From Yuukianura sp. NJ FZ-2021 (Eukaryota): DNA of 64,000 nucleotides. Each line of letters begins with the position of its first letter. Positions within the stretch are counted from its first letter, which is position 1. The DNA is taken from NCBI GenBank assembly GCA_046563655.1, contig CM102290.1:9362001-9426000 (forward strand), read 5' to 3'. Shown here piece after piece: positions 48,701 through 63,774 of this stretch. Under the pieces are notes generated by a model. The model was not told the origin of the DNA. It saw only the letters and a list, made by a program, of their open reading frames with translations, and made no database searches. A program made the translations under genes and the position numbers.

Positions 48701-51426
48701 GAATGACGATGAATTTGAATTTGAAGGGAGCGAAAGTTATTCTACGCCGTCGAGCAGGAGCCTGTTCGTCTTTGAGGAGAGACCGCTTGGAATGAATCCC
48801 CGTGGAATTCCAGCCCATGCAAGAGCAGTCTTTCAATTGGCTTCAAATAGGAAGGATGTGGAGACGTTCTTAACGCAATCACTCCTGTTTCCGGAGATTA
48901 ATCGTTAGTAATAACTTTTTTTAAATCTTAAACCTAAGCTTTCATATTTCGTTTCCCAACCTCAGGTTACTACAAAAATCCCGCGGAGCTTGAAGCCTGT
49001 AGTTTCGTAGAACGCCAAAATTTAGGATTGTACCTGGTGACGGCAATCAATTTCTTTCGGGAGTGTATTTCAGCCTTTATTGGAGAGGAGGATGAAGTGA
49101 TTCAAATCTATGTTTGGTACCGCCTGAACAACGTGATTTTCTTGCAGCAGCTTTTAGTACATAACATCCAACACTTTCCAGCCTTGCCGACCGCATTCGT
49201 TTCGGAAAAGAAAGTGATAGGACATGGAAGTTCGGGAGATGGCCCATCAGCCTCTACTGGTGAGATATTAAAGTTGATGCTGATGCTTCGGTATACAATT
49301 GGCATTGTATGAACTATTTTAATATTGAACTGTTTATTTACGTTTTTTTTTGTGCCCAGATTTTAAGAAGCCAAAGTTGCCAAGTTCTGGTGCGAAAAAG
49401 AAAGGTGTCAGAGGTAAAAAGAGAAAACAAGAATCAAAGGCGGATGACAACGTAGATGACGCAAACGAGAATGGCGGAGAATTGAACAGGTCTACCATTT
49501 CATCAGTGCAACCACCAGAAATTAGCTTATACCTGCGTCAGCTTGATCCAGCGGTATGCTAGTAACAGGAGCTGTCGTGAATTAAATATCATTCAACATG
49601 TATGCTCTTTTCATTTTCAGGTTTTCAAATTGCTTCAAGCGCCGCTGAAGCTGGATGGCCCGGTGAGGTTCGATGATGTTTGGCAACAATTGTCCGTTTC
49701 GGCTAATACTAGCCGCAATGTGAAGAGAGTACTCGAAACTGTAAAACACTTGTATCCCGACGCGTTGTCCTTGTTACTCATGGAAATTTGTCAACGGAGC
49801 GCTGATCCTGAAACGACATTCAGTTTATTAGATGTTGAGGAACTCATCAAATGGATCACAAGGCATTTGAATACCATTGTTGCGGAATTCGAGGTTTTGG
49901 TTTACCATGAATTATACTACAACAGTTTCTGAAAGGGGGACGCGGTTTCATGAAACTTGTTTTATTTTTCAGGGATCTTCTCAGCTACGTGGTATCAGGA
50001 AGTTGGAGGAAGGAATTCAGCTGATATTAAATACCCTAAGTGCTTACTTTGAGAAGGTTTTGAAGTTGGAGGATTTGGAGCAACGTGAACGTTTCTATGG
50101 GGAAATTTTGAGCGCACTCTCGTTGACATCAGACATCGAAGAACACGAAACGGAAGCAGAAGACGACCAAATTGAGGCCGCAGTTTCATTTCTCAAGAGA
50201 GTTTCTGGCGCTATAAAGAAACCCGCAAGGGCTCTTGATCATCTCAAAGCTTTTAGTAACTTTCAAGCATTGTTTCCTGACAATGAAGTAGCTAAAACCG
50301 CTCTTGGTAAGTTGTTTACCCACAGAATTATATGAAGACGTTTTCATGAATCCTCATCCTCTTTATTTATTTGATCCTTGTTTTAGTGAGTATTGCTGAA
50401 ACTTACATGAATGCTGACTGGAAATTGTCGTCTTCGCAAGTTGATTTCATGCTCAAAACATGGGTGTTGAAATCGGCGGAGCCCATGGCCGTCTTGCGTA
50501 CTGTGACATCTTCCATTATTGATCCCCAGCGCAGAAACCTGGCGAGCTGTACCGGTGGAAATTTTCATACCTTCTATTCTGTCGTTTTCCAACTCCTGGC
50601 TCAACATGTTGTGAAAAATGTAACTTTTCTTAAGAATTATTTAGCGTCATTTTGTTAACAGTTGGGCTTTTGGTTATTTTGAATCATTTTAATATAACGA
50701 TGAATTTTGATGTTTTTTAAAGGGAAAGTCGGCCACGGCTTCTGGTGGCGGAGTTGAATTTTGGACGGAAGCTGTCCTCATGTTTAAGGATTTAGTTTTC
50801 GTGTCAGAAACTCATCGTAATCGGAACATCCTAACGCCGCTAATCAAAGTAAAGAAACCACTACTATTTGTACTATTTGTTTCATTTGTTTTCAAATGTT
50901 TGAAACGTTCACAGCATGCTGGTGTCTTCATTGACTCATTTAATATCAATGGTACCCGTATACTTCCTACTATTTACCAAGAAAATCTACCAGAATTTAA
51001 GAAGTTTTTGCGGAATTTACAAGCAGCTACTCGAAAGCTGCAAATTGTCTGCGAACATTCCAAGGTAAGGGGAGATTGGGGTTGAAGTGATATCCAAATA
51101 CATTCGAAATCATTGTGTGGTCTTTCTTTGTATAGGTTGTAAAGGATACCAAAATGATACGAAACGTGCCAAACCTCAAAAGAGCTTTAGAAGGCCTTGT
51201 GTTTCGTGTTCGGGAACTATTTACGATAAACCGAATCTCGGACGTATTTTCCTTGGGAGCTCTTCGTCACCGAGATATGGACGGAGAAGAAATGAGTTCT
51301 CAACCCTTCAATCGCGTTGATCCGGACTTCAGCACCATGAGTTCTGATGACCTCGAGGAAAGTGCCGATGTGCAGCAAAATCCTGAAGATTCTTCTTCGG
51401 ACTCAGACTTACAAATAGACATTTAA
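45743..51426 (+). CDS. FANCD2: Fanconi anemia group D2 protein homolog, many short exons
   Basis: MLGQLRWIE, FLPDIIPDSHH, ITELRANLD, ILLRKYLTHS (K561-equivalent region), AINFFRECISAF, YLRQLD, LQAATRKLQIVCEHSK, and C-terminal VPNLKRALEGLVFRVR..FSLGALRHRDMDGEEMSSQ (cf. human VPLLKKTLELLVCRVK..FWLGNLKNRDLQGEEIKSQ). Confidence 0.88.
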
Positions 51427-51699
51427 GCTTACCTAACTTCATAACAAATTTTGGTATTTTTACCAATTATATTCTTTCTGATTATATTATATTATTTGAA
51501 TGGATTAATCCATTAAAAAGGGACCACTTTTTGGCTCAACTTTGCACTTTAACTCAACTCAACGATTTCGTTTTTTAGAAAGTTTAAAAAAATCAACTTT
51601 GCAATGATGTGATCTCATTCCATCGACCGGTTCACATTACACAAACAATTCGCGTAACCATTCAAAAATTTTCCAAAAATGTACCTTCGATATTTTGAT

Positions 51700-52693
51700 G
51701 TAAAATTTTATTTCTCGTGAACGGAAAGCGATAGAGATCTAATCTCTTCACGAAAAACTTTCAAAAGATATGAAGAATTTTTAGTAATATTGAAAACTCC
51801 AAAATGGAACATCAAGTTTTTCGTCAAATTTTGAAAAAAACCATGGACTATAGTCCATGGTTTTTTGTGAAATTTGGTCAAAATCTGAGGGTACCTTTTT
51901 AAAATTTCTAAAAATACTCCATATTTTTGTGAATTCAGCGGCGAAGAGTTTACCTCTCTACCACCTTTCATTCCTGAGATATGAATTTTTCAAGTTTTTG
52001 AAAATTAAAATGAAATTTTAAAATTTTATATCTCGTGAACGGAAAGCGATAGAGATCTAATCTCTTCACGAAAAACTTTCAAAACAGATGAAGAAATTTT
52101 AGAAATATTGAAAACTCCAAAATGGAACATCAAGTTTTTCGTCAAATTTTGAAAAAAACCATGGACTATAGTCCATGGTTTTTTGTGAAATTTGGTCAAA
52201 ATCTGAGGGTACCTTTTTAAAATTTCTAAAAATACTCCATATTTTTGTGAATTCAGGGGCGAAGAGTTTACCTCTCTACCACCTTTCATTCCTGAGATAT
52301 GAATTTTTCAAGTTTTTGAAAATTAAAATGAAATTTTAAAATTTTATATCTCGTGAACGGAAAGCGATAGAGATCTAATCCCTTCACGAAAAACTTTCAA
52401 AACAGATGAAGAAATTTTAGAAATATTGAAAACTCCAAAATGGAACATCAAGTTTTTCGTCAAATTTTGAAAAAAAACCATGGACTATTATAGTCCATGG
52501 TTTTTTGTGAAATTTGGTCAAAATCTGAGGGTACCTTTTTAAAATTTCTAAAATTACTCCATATTTTTGTGAATTCAGCGGCGAAGAGTTTACCTCTCTA
52601 TCGCTCTCCGTTCCCGAGATATGAATTTTCCAAGTTTTTGAAAATTAAAATGAAATTTTGAAATTTTATATCTCGTGAACGGAAAGCGATAGA
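51700..52693. repeat. Tandem array of a ~318-bp internally palindromic (foldback/MITE-like) unit, 3 full copies plus the start of a 4th
   Basis: tctcgtgaacggaaagcgataga recurs at ~51713, 52031, 52349 and 52671. Each unit has the central palindrome AAAAAACCATGGACTATAGTCCATGGTTTTTT. Confidence 0.93.
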
Positions 52694-54453
52694 AAGCAAA
52701 AAAAAATCTTTCCAAACATCGATCGGGAACTTGATGTTCAATTTTGTATTTTTTAATTTTTGAAAAAACACACTATATGTAATTCTAGTTTGAGACGTGA
52801 AAAGATTAGCTCATCCCTGCAAGCTGCAGCATTCCGTTCGCGAGATGATTAATCTGCCAAGTTTGTGCGGTTGCGGAAATTATAAAATTTAAACACGTAA
52901 TCTATCAGAGCTTTGCAAGAGGAACCAAGCTTATTTGAATAAATGTAGTATTATTTATTTGTTTTGCTCATTTTCCATTTTCTAAAAATGATTCCAAACG
53001 TTCATTCGTCTGGCCTTTCCTTTAATAACACAAATATGGTCAAGGCTAACCTAATAAGTTATTACATGTTAATTGGTATCTAAGGATTTGAGATTTTTAT
53101 GCCAGCCAAATTGTTAAGTGTTGCTTATTTGTATTCATTCAAATTATTAAGACAAGTCTTGGAAAAGGAGTTAGCAGCCTTCAGAAGTATAAATGTTTGT
53201 GATGTTTTTTTTAGATAAATAAACGAACTTAAAACAATTTCTTAGGAAAAGTTTCGATAAAACTTAAGTTTTGGCGTGGATCACCTAAATTTTGCATGTA
53301 GTCAGTCAATTAGAAGAATTAAAACGTATAGGTTATAGCAGCGCCGTAACATTGGGACGCGGAACGAGGCGACATGGCGGAGGAGTTGTACACATTTAGG
53401 ATTTGTAAAACCTGGACACTAAGAACATGGCAATCTATCAGCAGCACTAATTACAAAGGAATTTAAAATGTCCATTTCTAAATTTAGGATATCTTGTTTA
53501 CAACGCAGTTGATTTTCACAGCAGCCATGTATCAAACAGTAGTAAATTATAAATTAAGAACACATAACAATCACTCCACACTTGCTCAAGCATTTAACCT
53601 TCCACACTTAACTAACATAACTCCTGCGGACTTTCTGCATTGCACTAACTCCACCTCTCTGCACATCTTTGTCAGTATTTGCCCAGTACATTACGTTCCT
53701 AGTTATCATACTCTTGGCGACTTTTGCACAAGCTTACGTTAGAAACATGCACTTACTCTAAACGACCTTAAATTATGCAATATAACCTAAATACGTTTTT
53801 GAACTTGAAAACCTAAATGACAAGCATCCATATGTCACTAACTCAACTGGTAAAAATTTAGTAACGCTTACACACGGGTATCAAAAGGATTCGTAACCTT
53901 AACATTTAAGCTTTACCTTAGCTAACAGCGTAGAAAAGATAACGGTAGTGTACCATAATTAGTCGATTCAGTCGTATGCTCTTTTGAAGGGGGAATTTGA
54001 AGAAACGCTTAAATGGAATGAGAAGATCCGGAAGTTGAAATGTTGGTAAACTTGTTCCTAATTGGGATGACATTGTGATGTAAGTTAAAAGGGCAAGTAC
54101 TTTGCAACCTGGAATGAATTGTACAGTTTTCCACTTTGTGTATTATTATGGCTTCCCAGTAAGGAGTTGGCGCTGGAGCGTAATCGACTGACTTATTCAT
54201 AAAGTAGACGCTTCAAACGTCGTCCCTGGGGTGGTTCATTGCATTTCTTGATTAAATGAGCAAGAGCAAATTGAATTTTGTAGTGATCCCCCATTTCCCC
54301 ACTTCCGTTTGACACTTTTTAAAATTGTTGTTTGAGAAGGGGATTCACAAGAGTTGGGGTTCGTCTGCATTCCGACGTAGTTGGGCGGGGTGATACAATA
54401 GTCACACTTTCTTGGGTAGATACTTCACTTTACAAACCAGCTTACTACAGCTA

Positions 54454-57400
54454 CTAGTGTCCCTCAGATCTAATGATATTGTGCACTTGTTCTAATTTGT
54501 AGGCTAGCCTTTGCTTTTGGGAAAACTCATCCTCTTCAAGCGTAACAATAAGTTGATCGTTGTACTTTTGGGCGTAGTTGTACAATTCCAGCAGAGAACT
54601 CTCTGTGCTGAATTCAGTTCCGTGTTGCTACAATGTTAAAAACCAAACAGGGGTTGTGGAAGATGATCATATAAATATGAGAACAGTATCAAAAACGAAT
54701 AAAGATTACCCTGGATTCGTCTGCTAGCATCAAGTTCATGTCTTGATCAGAAACGCATGGCATAGCTTTGATATCCGCATAATACCGCTCAACCCATTCC
54801 TTGTAGCTGGGAATGTCCTTGGCGTACAACAGTTTGCTACTGGGTGAGTCTTTGCCTGAAAACAGCATTCAAGATATTAACTTAAAGTAAACCTGAAATG
54901 CCAGCAGCTTCAGAGACACGTACCAAGTCGGTGCTCAGATGTGGAGCAGGCATCCATAAATGTTTGCGCAACTACAGACAGACAAGAGTCTACAATGTTC
55001 GACTTGTGGATGTCAAAGACAAAGTTGGGATTCTTGATTAGATTCACCCAGAATCTCAATGGTAAACTGAAATGAATCATAATATTTAAAAACTGCAGTT
55101 TACAACATGCAACGCGAGTTTTTTTCAACGGTTTCCTCTTACCTGTTGCTCTTCCATGTGTGGACTACCTCAGGATCTGTGATACCATGCTGGATAGCTT
55201 GGTCATCCAGGAAATCAAACATGTATTTGATAGCCAGTGGTAACGGACTTCCGCGGTGGGCTGTCTTAAATATAGTTTCAAACAGGTCGTCCACAAACTT
55301 TTGAAGCGTAAGCTGAAATTTTTTAAAACTCATTAGTTATGTTACCACTATTAACCAAGCTACTAAACAACTATTAACAAGAAGGATGATAATAGGAGGG
55401 CTGCAGTGCATTCTTACTTTTGTCGCCAATAATCGCGTAAGGTAAATTTCTGAGACCATTTTATTTCCACGCTCTCCTTCCTTTTGGTTATCCGAGTCGT
55501 GATGCTTCACAAGATGCCATACTTTCATACCTCCCTCCCGATCATGATTTAAAGGAGACGTGGCTCTACTTAAGGGAGGACTTGCTGAATTGTACTTGCT
55601 CAAATTCAGCGTTTCGTACTTATGAGACTTCTCTGAGCGTTCGGAGAGAATGGACAAATTGTACATGGACGATTGCTTGGGAACGAGCGTCAGACATGCA
55701 GCGTCCGGAACTCGGTAATGACTTAGAGTATTCAACTTTTTCCACTCTCCTTCAGTCTTGGTCGTACTGTCTTCATCATATAAAATAAGACGACCCTTGT
55801 TCCCTGTTCTCCACTCTAAATCCAAACACACAATCAGCATTATATAAGTTCAAGGATGTTATTGATAAAAAGTAGAATATGTCAGCAAAATGTTTTACCA
55901 AGATCAAGCTCTTCCTTCCTTGGTCTTTGACTATACGGGGTTGCTCTGTAAATTGTATCCAGTGCCTTCTCCTTTACTTGCACTATTGTGTCGCAGTCTA
56001 ACACCTTCACCGGTACGTCCGTATTTTCTTGGTTTAGATCCAATCCCGTCATGTACGTCGTTTGATGCGACATTGAAACAAAAACAGTCTAAAAAATACC
56101 GAAAATAAAATCCATCATTGCTAACTGGTATAATCATCCTAACTATCACTCTCCAACAAGAGAGTGGGAAATATGTAATTTATAAAAGTAACCCATACCA
56201 AAATTTTGTAACCAATTGACTGACGAATGAGCTTCTCTTCGCTGAGCGAATACCGTGCTTCTGCTGTCACAGCATCTACCGGTCCTTTGTCCACTTGCTG
56301 CTTGATGGCTCGGTACAGAAGGTATAAAGGTTCTCCGGCACATTCCCTCAAAAACTTGTAAAGAAGGAATGTGAACCAAGCTGACAGCATCTTCTCAGCC
56401 ACGCTTTCCGTTCTGCTCGACCAAGCAAGCATCAGGCAATTAAAATTATGCACAATACAAAGAAAATTAATGAACCTCACCGTCGAAGCAATAGTTTAGG
56501 ATGATTTTTACTCTCCATCGACTTCTCAATAAGGTCCCCCAGTAGAGTTTTGAGTATGTCCGTGCAGTACTCCATTTTTCCTTGTAGAGAAACCATTATG
56601 AGTGACGCGACGTTGACCCTACGAATTAGAACACGTTAATGTATAACATATAGTCCATTAAATCTTAGTTCATCCCATTCTTATACTTGGCTAGAAATAC
56701 TGACCGGTCTCGCATGGAAAAATAGCGATTATTCTCCAGTGTCCGAATGAAGAGAAGGAGGAATGTTTTGTTCAGGATCAAAAGTCCGAAATGCCGCAGA
56801 CCTTTGGCTTTGAAGTGTAAATCCTGTCGATCCAGTTGAAGTACTGCATGGTCTTCGCCATTCGGAAACAAAATCTTCATGGAATAATTCCTGTAGTCCA
56901 GAAATGGAATTCCACCGGACGTCATGTCCCCGGTTAGGTCTGTCATTTCCGTCTGCAGCTCCGCGAAAGCTAAAAGGTTTACAATACAACCGGGTAAAAC
57001 AACACACTCTTAAGAAGGTATGTGTAACTTGCTTTTCATAAACTGAAACTTACCTTCTTTGCATTCAGCAGCCACCCGCAACTCGAGAACGTCCATTTGT
57101 TCTTGCATGTTTTTCAGAACTCGATTGCTTTCCGTGGACTTCCGGCGATAGGCAATCACAACTGCTATGAAGACCAGGAGAACGAGACAACCGACGACAA
57201 TGATTCCGTACATCACATTTTGAGACAATTCTCCAGCAGACACTTGATCGTATTTTAGGCGCCCAATTTCCGTTTCCCAGTTTGTTCCAACTTTCACCTA
57301 AATCACAATATTGCGTTATCATACCTCAATTAACTACCCGTCATTACATAATCGTCCTGCTTGTTTGAATTATTGCAGACTTTTCGAAAGTAGAGCAAAA

Positions 57401-60400
57401 GCCATACCCTGACCATCGGAGCCCGAGACCTGTCAGTGGACCCATCCTTGTTAACATCAGGTGGTTGTGTTGGTGGTGGTTTGCATGTAAGTTGCTTGCT
57501 GTTCAGCGATGTCACGTTACAGACGCTATTGCCAATAGTGACAATAACGTTGGATTCATCAGTGGCCGAATTCAAGTTAATGCCCTAAGCAAGCACATAC
57601 ATAATCAGATCTTTCTTTGTTACATTATGACTTGATAGTAAAATACCAATTGCCTTACGTTTATGGTAAGGTAGTCCCCCTTATACTTTTTGACTTTCTC
57701 TTCGAATTGATCATAGTGTGGATTAGGATGGAGATGAAACTGATGTTCTCCTTCCGGAAGGTTTTGGACATTGGTATAAACGGTATCAAGTATGAAGCCA
57801 TACTGTAAACGAAGAAAACCATCTTTGGCCCCTTGAAAGTCCGGCTCCTGGTCAAACGCCGGAGTCAGGCAAAACATTGTTTCGTTGTCGGAGACATTAC
57901 ATGGCTGTTGAAGATAAGAAAGAATTAATCACTTCAGCTTCACGTAGTTTGAATCTAAATATGTTTGCGAACATCGGTACTAGGTTCTACTTACACTGGT
58001 GTAGTTGATACCATTGAAAGTTATAAAAATGTATGGATCTTGGACTACATCAAAGTTACGACCTTCGATCGTCACGTTTATGCCACCAGCAGGAATACTC
58101 TTGATCGGTTTGTCCTATAAAAAAAAACATGATGCGGATAAAGCCAAAACAGCTAAAAATTAAACTACCATGAAGTATTCAATACAGTCTAAGCAAACTT
58201 AGAGTTGGTACTCTGTCTCTGTGACTAACCCCTTCCAGCAAAATCAGTGGATTTTCGACATAGGTAAACCCAGGTTTATAGCTCCGATTCTTGTGATCAA
58301 ATTTGACAGAAAGATCTGTTTTTCCAATTCGCTTTGCACTTCCAGTTCGACATTCAATTTGATTTGTCCGTTTACTAAAAGTGAATAAAACGTAAATGGA
58401 TCAGATCTTTGAAACGAGATGAATAGCACTTAAGTTCGAAAAAGAAATAACATCTTACAAAATGATGACGCATGGTATGTCGTCAATAAAAGCTTGAACT
58501 TGACTCCCGGCATTTAAATGTTCTCCGAAAATAGAAAGCTTCGTTCCACCTGCTATTGGTCCCCGATCCGGTTCAATTCGATGAATCTTTGGATCGACAA
58601 ATCTATACTTGTCGGTAGACTCTGCCCGGAAATCCGCAACTTTTACCAAAATTGGGCCCGCCTTTGGCTCGTTGATTCCAGGGCCGTCAAGACGACAAAC
58701 GATTTGACGAGTTTGTTCGTAAAGGTGTGGGTAAGGTTCACAAGACACGCCAGCTACGGTAACCCCGGTATAGATATCCTATAAATAAGTAAATATGGCT
58801 TTTTAAATTCCATTTACGCAGAAAGGAATATATTTCAGACGGTGTTGTTTTGAACTTACATCAAAAGTCTTGCCCAAATTAATTCCCATGATCGTCACAT
58901 TGGTGCCGCCTTCCCACGGGCCTGACTTTGGACTGAAATAAGTGATTTCAGGGTTTGGACACGTTTGATTTCGACTCAACCAGACGCCTTGAACAACACA
59001 TTGTTCCTTCACTTGACACTTGTTTGAGCTCTGACACCATCCACACCTATATTTCGGATCCATCGCAAGGCACATTCCACAATTGTCTGCCATTGACGGA
59101 CAACGGTAAACCATAACTGAAGACGAACAAAAAAATTAGGCAATGAGTCTCAGGATTTATAGAAAGCAGTTTTCATAAGGGAAGCAGTCGTACTTCGGAT
59201 ATTGTCCGGGTTGTCCAAAGACTTCGTTTCCCCTCCACCCCATACGACTGCAAATGGGACGGAGATGTTCGAGGCTGGTGAGTTGTAGCTAAAGAGAATG
59301 GGGTCGCAGTCGATTGTGTTCTCCAGGAGACGGGCATTTGTTGGTGTTACACGGCCTTCAATGTTGAATCGACAAGAAAATCTTGGCTGCACGATGATTT
59401 GTTGCTAGTATAAATAAAATTAAAACTTGTAGTAAGCAATGTAATATATAGATGTAGCATATTAATTTAATTTTGAATGTATGCAAGCCCTCGCTTAACT
59501 TACAGCGATGTTATCCACCTTGACTTGAATCTTCTTTTGGGTTCCGTATGGAACCAATAGTTCGGAAGATCCATTAGTGACGTTGATTCTTGGGCAGAAT
59601 CCAGGTCCACTTCGAATACTCGGACCAACTCTCTGAAAAACGATATAAGATATGAATTTTGCAAAAGCAGGACGTTTAAAGCAAGGTTCTAACAACTGAA
59701 GGTTATTTAAAGGCACGTACGTTAACTCCTGTCACTAGAATGTCATTGCGACAGTTCTCTGCTGTGTCGTGAGTACATCGATGCTTGTCCACACACCAAT
59801 CGCAAGGAAATGCCGAAGTCACGCAAGAAGTGCAAGTGGAGTAGGTGTTGCAGTCGAAGAAGACGAAGTCGGTGGCAACGAAATCATTCGGCAGAGACCC
59901 GTCTTGCAGCATACGTACGGAAAGGGTCGCCGTAAAGTTGTCTGTAACCATAATGAAACACTCCATTAAGCAAGTTCACATTTTTTAATTAAGTCAACAC
60001 GGTGTTTTCATACGCTGTCCTTCAGGAATTGGTGGTAGATCTGAAGTTGGCGGTGTATAGCACGTTACTCCATTCGTAGTCATATTTGCATGAGTACGAA
60101 GTTCCTTCCCCCCAAGGAATCGAAATACACAGAGAAAGTTTCCTGATCTTGTTGGTAAATGATCAATGTTGAGCGAGAGCTGAAAACAAAATTCCAGGCG
60201 TTAAGATGGATAAGACGGATGTTCTTCTGTTTGTTTTCCTTTCTTTTGCTTAGGAGAACTTACAGTTCTTGCAGTGGAACTCTGAAGTTGACTTGGAGTG
60301 ACCATTGTAATCCGCGTGCATTGCCCGCTCTTGTAAGAAATCCAGTAAAGTGAAAGCTCAGAGGCCTTTGGTCCTTTGGGACAGTTACTCTTCAAGGTGC

Positions 60401-62468
60401 ATCTAAAAATGTTGAAACCAAATTGTAGATGTTTTGAAAATTCTTTTCAAACAGACATTTCATGATGAACTTTATTTCATAATTCATACTTGTTTTGAAG
60501 GGAACACCAGCCACAATATGGATCCCCGACTTCTACGCATCGGTTACATGTAGTATACTCTGAACAATTGTGTACGAGCACTTTTGAAACCTAGGAAAAA
60601 CAGTTAGCTGTAGCGTCAAACAACACCAGAATTTCAGTTTTCTTTGTAAGGTCAGTACGAGAAAATAAAAACAGTATAAACAAAAATGACTAAATTCTTA
60701 CCTTTCGATCAGTCATGACATAAATATGAGCCTTTTGAGGATCGAAGAACATATCTGCATTGACCTTCTTCCCGCTATCAATGACAATGTCATCGTATTC
60801 GGACCCAAGCTTTCCGCTTTCAACGACGACCTGTAATAAATAGGCAAACGCTTAGCATTTCTCCAAATACAGAAGAATCAAAAACTGGTTTTTATGAAGT
60901 TAAGTTTTACTTTTTTAAGATGCCCATCATTAGTTCCCAAAAAGACAACAGTGTAATTTCCAGCCGAGGTTGCAGCGACTGACGTCAATAACGTGGTGAA
61001 GTTCAATACCGATACAGCGACTGCTGGTTTTTCTCCCCCAAGCGGCGTGTTCACATCCATACCACAAAAGTCCTCTTCAATTACTCTCAATTTCTGTGCG
61101 GAATCAAATTGACAGGTGAAATACACTTAATATTTTAAGGATGTAATCAACTTAATGGTGAAGTAATAAAGTTTCACATACCGTAGGAACACATAATGAA
61201 TTTGTAGCTATGAAGCCAAGTCCTCTGCTCCCTTTTCCTTGAAAACAAAGTTCAATATTTTCCACGAATTTTCTGCGGATGTCCTTTAGGGAGTAGACAC
61301 ACAGAGCACTTTCAGAACTAGCAGTGGAGCTGCCCACTGGACTCGCAATTGCAAAAACTGCAAACAGCACGTCGTCGGAATGCGTAATGTCGAGCTTATT
61401 AGCGAGATCTGGACCAGGCTTCCCAACATATGCGGCTTGCACTAAGTCGTACTTTGATCCAGACTCGCTGATGCATTCGATCGGGATTTCCGTGTAGGAG
61501 TAATAATGGGTATCATTCTGACAGACTCGAACTAATTTCGATATAAACGGCGAATTGGGTACTGGATCCTTGCGTTGAGTTGTCATGAAGTATGAGAATC
61601 CTTCTGAGCTAAATCCGTAGACATAATTGATTGGATACTGTATCCGCATGCGTATAACGATCTTAGTGCCAGATGAAACTCCTGTTGTTACAATGCCGAA
61701 ATTGTCCTTCACGTTTAAACTTCGACTAGAAACTGCTGGAACTTCTTGTCGGTACGGAGAATTACCGGTAAATGTCACACCGACGTACAGAACCTGTAAG
61801 TACAAGTCAATAATTTAAAAATCACGTAATAGCACTACAAGAAGGTAGTAAACAAGCTTTAAGCAACCGGGTAATGCGTGTTATTAGTCGGTGACATATT
61901 GAGCCTTCTGAGGCATTTATGACTACTGACTTACTGTTGATGTCGGTGGAGTTGGTGGACCAGGAGCAATAAATGCAACCGTACTGGCAGTCTCATTGTT
62001 GGCAACAATTGGTTCACTTACTACTTCCAGTTCTGTATTGGATACATCGTCCAATCCTAAGATCCAACAAATCCCTTGATACAAGCTTCCGCACATTATC
62101 AACTTCGCTCGACTGTAGTCTACGACGAGAGCCTTGTTGACGTTATTTGTCAATTGAAACTGAGTATTTTCTGGGCATTCTCTGTAGCCAGAGCATAGGG
62201 TGGAGTCTTCATATGGACCAGTCTTGTTTCGAGCCAACAGCTTCAAATTCGGATCTAGTTGATAGATGTGATTCACTGCTCCGACGTAAAGTACTCCGGT
62301 CTCTTTATGCACAACGAGGTGATTGTTGATTGTTGAATTTGCGGCTTCATGGTCAAAGAAAGTTGCCACTATATGTGTACTGGAGGAGCAAGAACCAGGA
62401 AGTACAATTGAGAGGAAGATGACGAAAATGTAGAGGCAGAGGGCATTCGCCCGATCCTGGAGTTCCAT
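54454..62468 (-). CDS. PlexA: Plexin A semaphorin receptor (Sema, PSI, IPT, TM, split RasGAP domains), many short exons
   Basis: Signal peptide at 62468. Sema domain ([30 protein letters not shown]), PSI/IPT repeats, TM followed by [32 protein letters not shown], then [23 protein letters not shown] and [18 protein letters not shown]. These match insect PlexA rather than PlexB. Stop TAG at 54456-54454. Confidence 0.95.
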
Positions 62469-63774
62469 TGCGACTACTGTTTCACATCAAGTCATACCTC
62501 GCATCACTGTAGATAAAAAAATGATCAATATATAAATGGTCAAATAATCCGAATGAATAGTATAAAAGTACAATTGAGGTAGTAAACACGAATCAGCAGA
62601 GACAGCAAACCTATTGCTTATCAGTAATCTATGAAGAGTCTACTTTCAGATGATTGCAGAGTAGTATAGCTCTTCCTCTTTGCTCACTCAATTTCGCATT
62701 AGTCACTCACCATCGTATTCATAACAAAGTTTTTAAATCTACGAAATACTCGGTAAAGGTGTGGCATCATCGCTTCCACCTGATACACCGAAAAATTATT
62801 TATCGCTTCGAAAGACTGACCTAACTGACGAGGCGAAGGAATTTCCTTCTTGAATACACAATTGTGACCTCGTTGTCCCAATGTTGACTAGACGTAGGCT
62901 TAATACATTCGAAGTGATTGCAATCACTGAATCAGATAAATGTACTATCGTTATTTTAAATATGTGGTTACTATTTTCTATGATACCATCTAATTCACCT
63001 TCTGTTAAGAGATGAGATTCCTTAGGAGACGTCCAGTCCAGGTGACGCGAATAATGGCGGATTGATGGAAGTATTTAGTCGAGTAAAGCACAGGGACACT
63101 CTTCTGACCAAAACGAGAATTGAGGCTGGAAGGAATTGATGTAAATGGATCAGTACTTTCTGGTCATGTTAGTTGTGATGTGATGAACTATGGAGGGCTA
63201 TGGTGGTAAATGGTGTAAGATGGTCGTGACCCAGAGCAACTGTAACGTCTGTCACCGATTGAAGGGAGGAAATGACTTGAGGGGGGAGGGGGTGTTATTT
63301 TGATTGTGTGGAATGTGTGATTGACGAAGAGATTGATGATTGTGAGTCCTGCTGTAGTGTGATATGGAGTGCAACGTTGAGTGCCACTAGTTACACTCCT
63401 GCTGCTCCTCGTCGTGTGAAGGGGGTTAGGACCGTGTAGCGTAAAACTGTAAGGTATGGTTGGATATTTGTGTGGATTTGGTCAGAATACTTGAGTAGTG
63501 TGGTACATAGTAAGGGTGGAATGGCGTCTGAGCACTCTTAACATAGTAGTTACTTCCCAAACACTTTCCCTTCCTCTTCTTGATTTTTAGTTGGTAAAGT
63601 AGTGAGTCTGCAAGTAGAGGATGAGGAAGAGGGTGACCTAACTGTACCGTATGTCTCCTCTTTCTATCCTTGGGCTGGGTTTCTTTCTCCTTTCTTCCAA
63701 AGGACTCCTTCTATCCTGTATCATGTCCCGTACTTTAGTCATGTTAATGTCCCTTAAGGCTACTTTCTCTCCGA

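Noticed and set aside
51708..52289. Two near-identical 87-aa ORFs (MKGGREVNSS...) that look like duplicated genes
   Set aside because: They are by-products of the 318-bp tandem repeat, are disrupted in copy 3 and show no recognisable domain.
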